Of a DNA stretch of 7,307 nucleotides, positions 6,913 to 7,307 are shown one piece after another. The stretch lies in assembly GCA_033442325.1 (NCBI GenBank), contig JAWQFM010000036.1, positions 1 through 7,307 of the forward strand. Direction: 5' to 3'. A program made the position numbers and the translations under genes. The stretch comes from Salpingoeca rosetta (taxonomy: Eukaryota > Protista > Choanoflagellata). The notes below the pieces were generated by a model. That model was not told the DNA's origin. It saw nothing but the letters and a program-made list of their open reading frames with translations, and ran no database searches. Numbering within the stretch: position 1 is the first letter of the stretch; every line of letters begins with the position of its first letter.

Positions 6913-7307
6913 GTTACTCACAACCACTCACAACTTCTCCTACTTGCATTTGATTCACTCCACAGCGATCTCTCTACTCACTGCTGTGTTACTCACAACC
7001 ACTCACAACTTCTCCCGTTCACTCCACTACATCCTTCTACTCACTCGCAAACACTCACAACTTCCCTGCTTGCAGTGGATTCACTCCACTACATCCGTCT
7101 ACTCACTCACAAGCACTCACAACTTCTCCTGCTTGCATTGGATTCACTCCACTACATCCGTCTACTCACTCGCAAGCACTCACAACATCTCCTGCTTGCA
7201 TTGGATTCACTCTACAACATCTGTCAACTCACTGCTGTGTTACTCGCAGGCACTCACAACATCTCCTGCTTGCATTGGATTCACTCCACTCCAACTTCTC
7301 CTGATTC
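6913..7307. repeat. Minisatellite with a ~63-bp core unit, at least 6 copies, running to the window end
   Basis: The anchor CACTCACAAC recurs at 6925, 7000, 7052, 7114, 7177 and 7251. Representative unit: CTCACAAGCACTCACAACTTCTCCTGCTTGCATTGGATTCACTCCACTACATCCGTCTACTCA. Confidence 0.93.

Noticed and set aside
6913-7307. CRISPR array or coding repeat
   Set aside because: No unique spacers, a eukaryotic context, and unit lengths of 52, 62 and 74 bp that break frame.
3983-7307. 5S rRNA, tRNA or a defined Pol I promoter upstream of the 18S
   Set aside because: No 5S or tRNA motifs were recognised, and Pol I promoters have no consensus that can be called by eye.

Overview
This is a eukaryotic chromosome left end. 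About 395 bp of (CCCTAA)n telomere abut an rDNA unit on the minus strand, transcribed toward the telomere: 5' ETS, a long divergent 18S (~2.1 kb), ITS1 (~645 nt), an extended 5.8S (~185 nt) and ~650 nt of highly structured spacer. No 28S/LSU sequence lies between the 5.8S and the telomere. The 5.8S 3' end, which normally pairs with the 28S 5' end, can instead close on itself as a local hairpin. The 18S keeps the universal motifs I checked, but has hairpin expansions and a compensated rewrite of helices 35-37, where h36 matches the E. coli sequence. Beyond a 100-N gap lie CA-rich DNA, clustered palindromes, possible exon relics and a ~63-bp minisatellite. No protein-coding gene is supported. 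TTAGGG telomeres, opisthokont-like rRNA and pervasive CA/TG microsatellites suggest a choanoflagellate-like protist, but that is only an inference. All pairings were worked out by hand.
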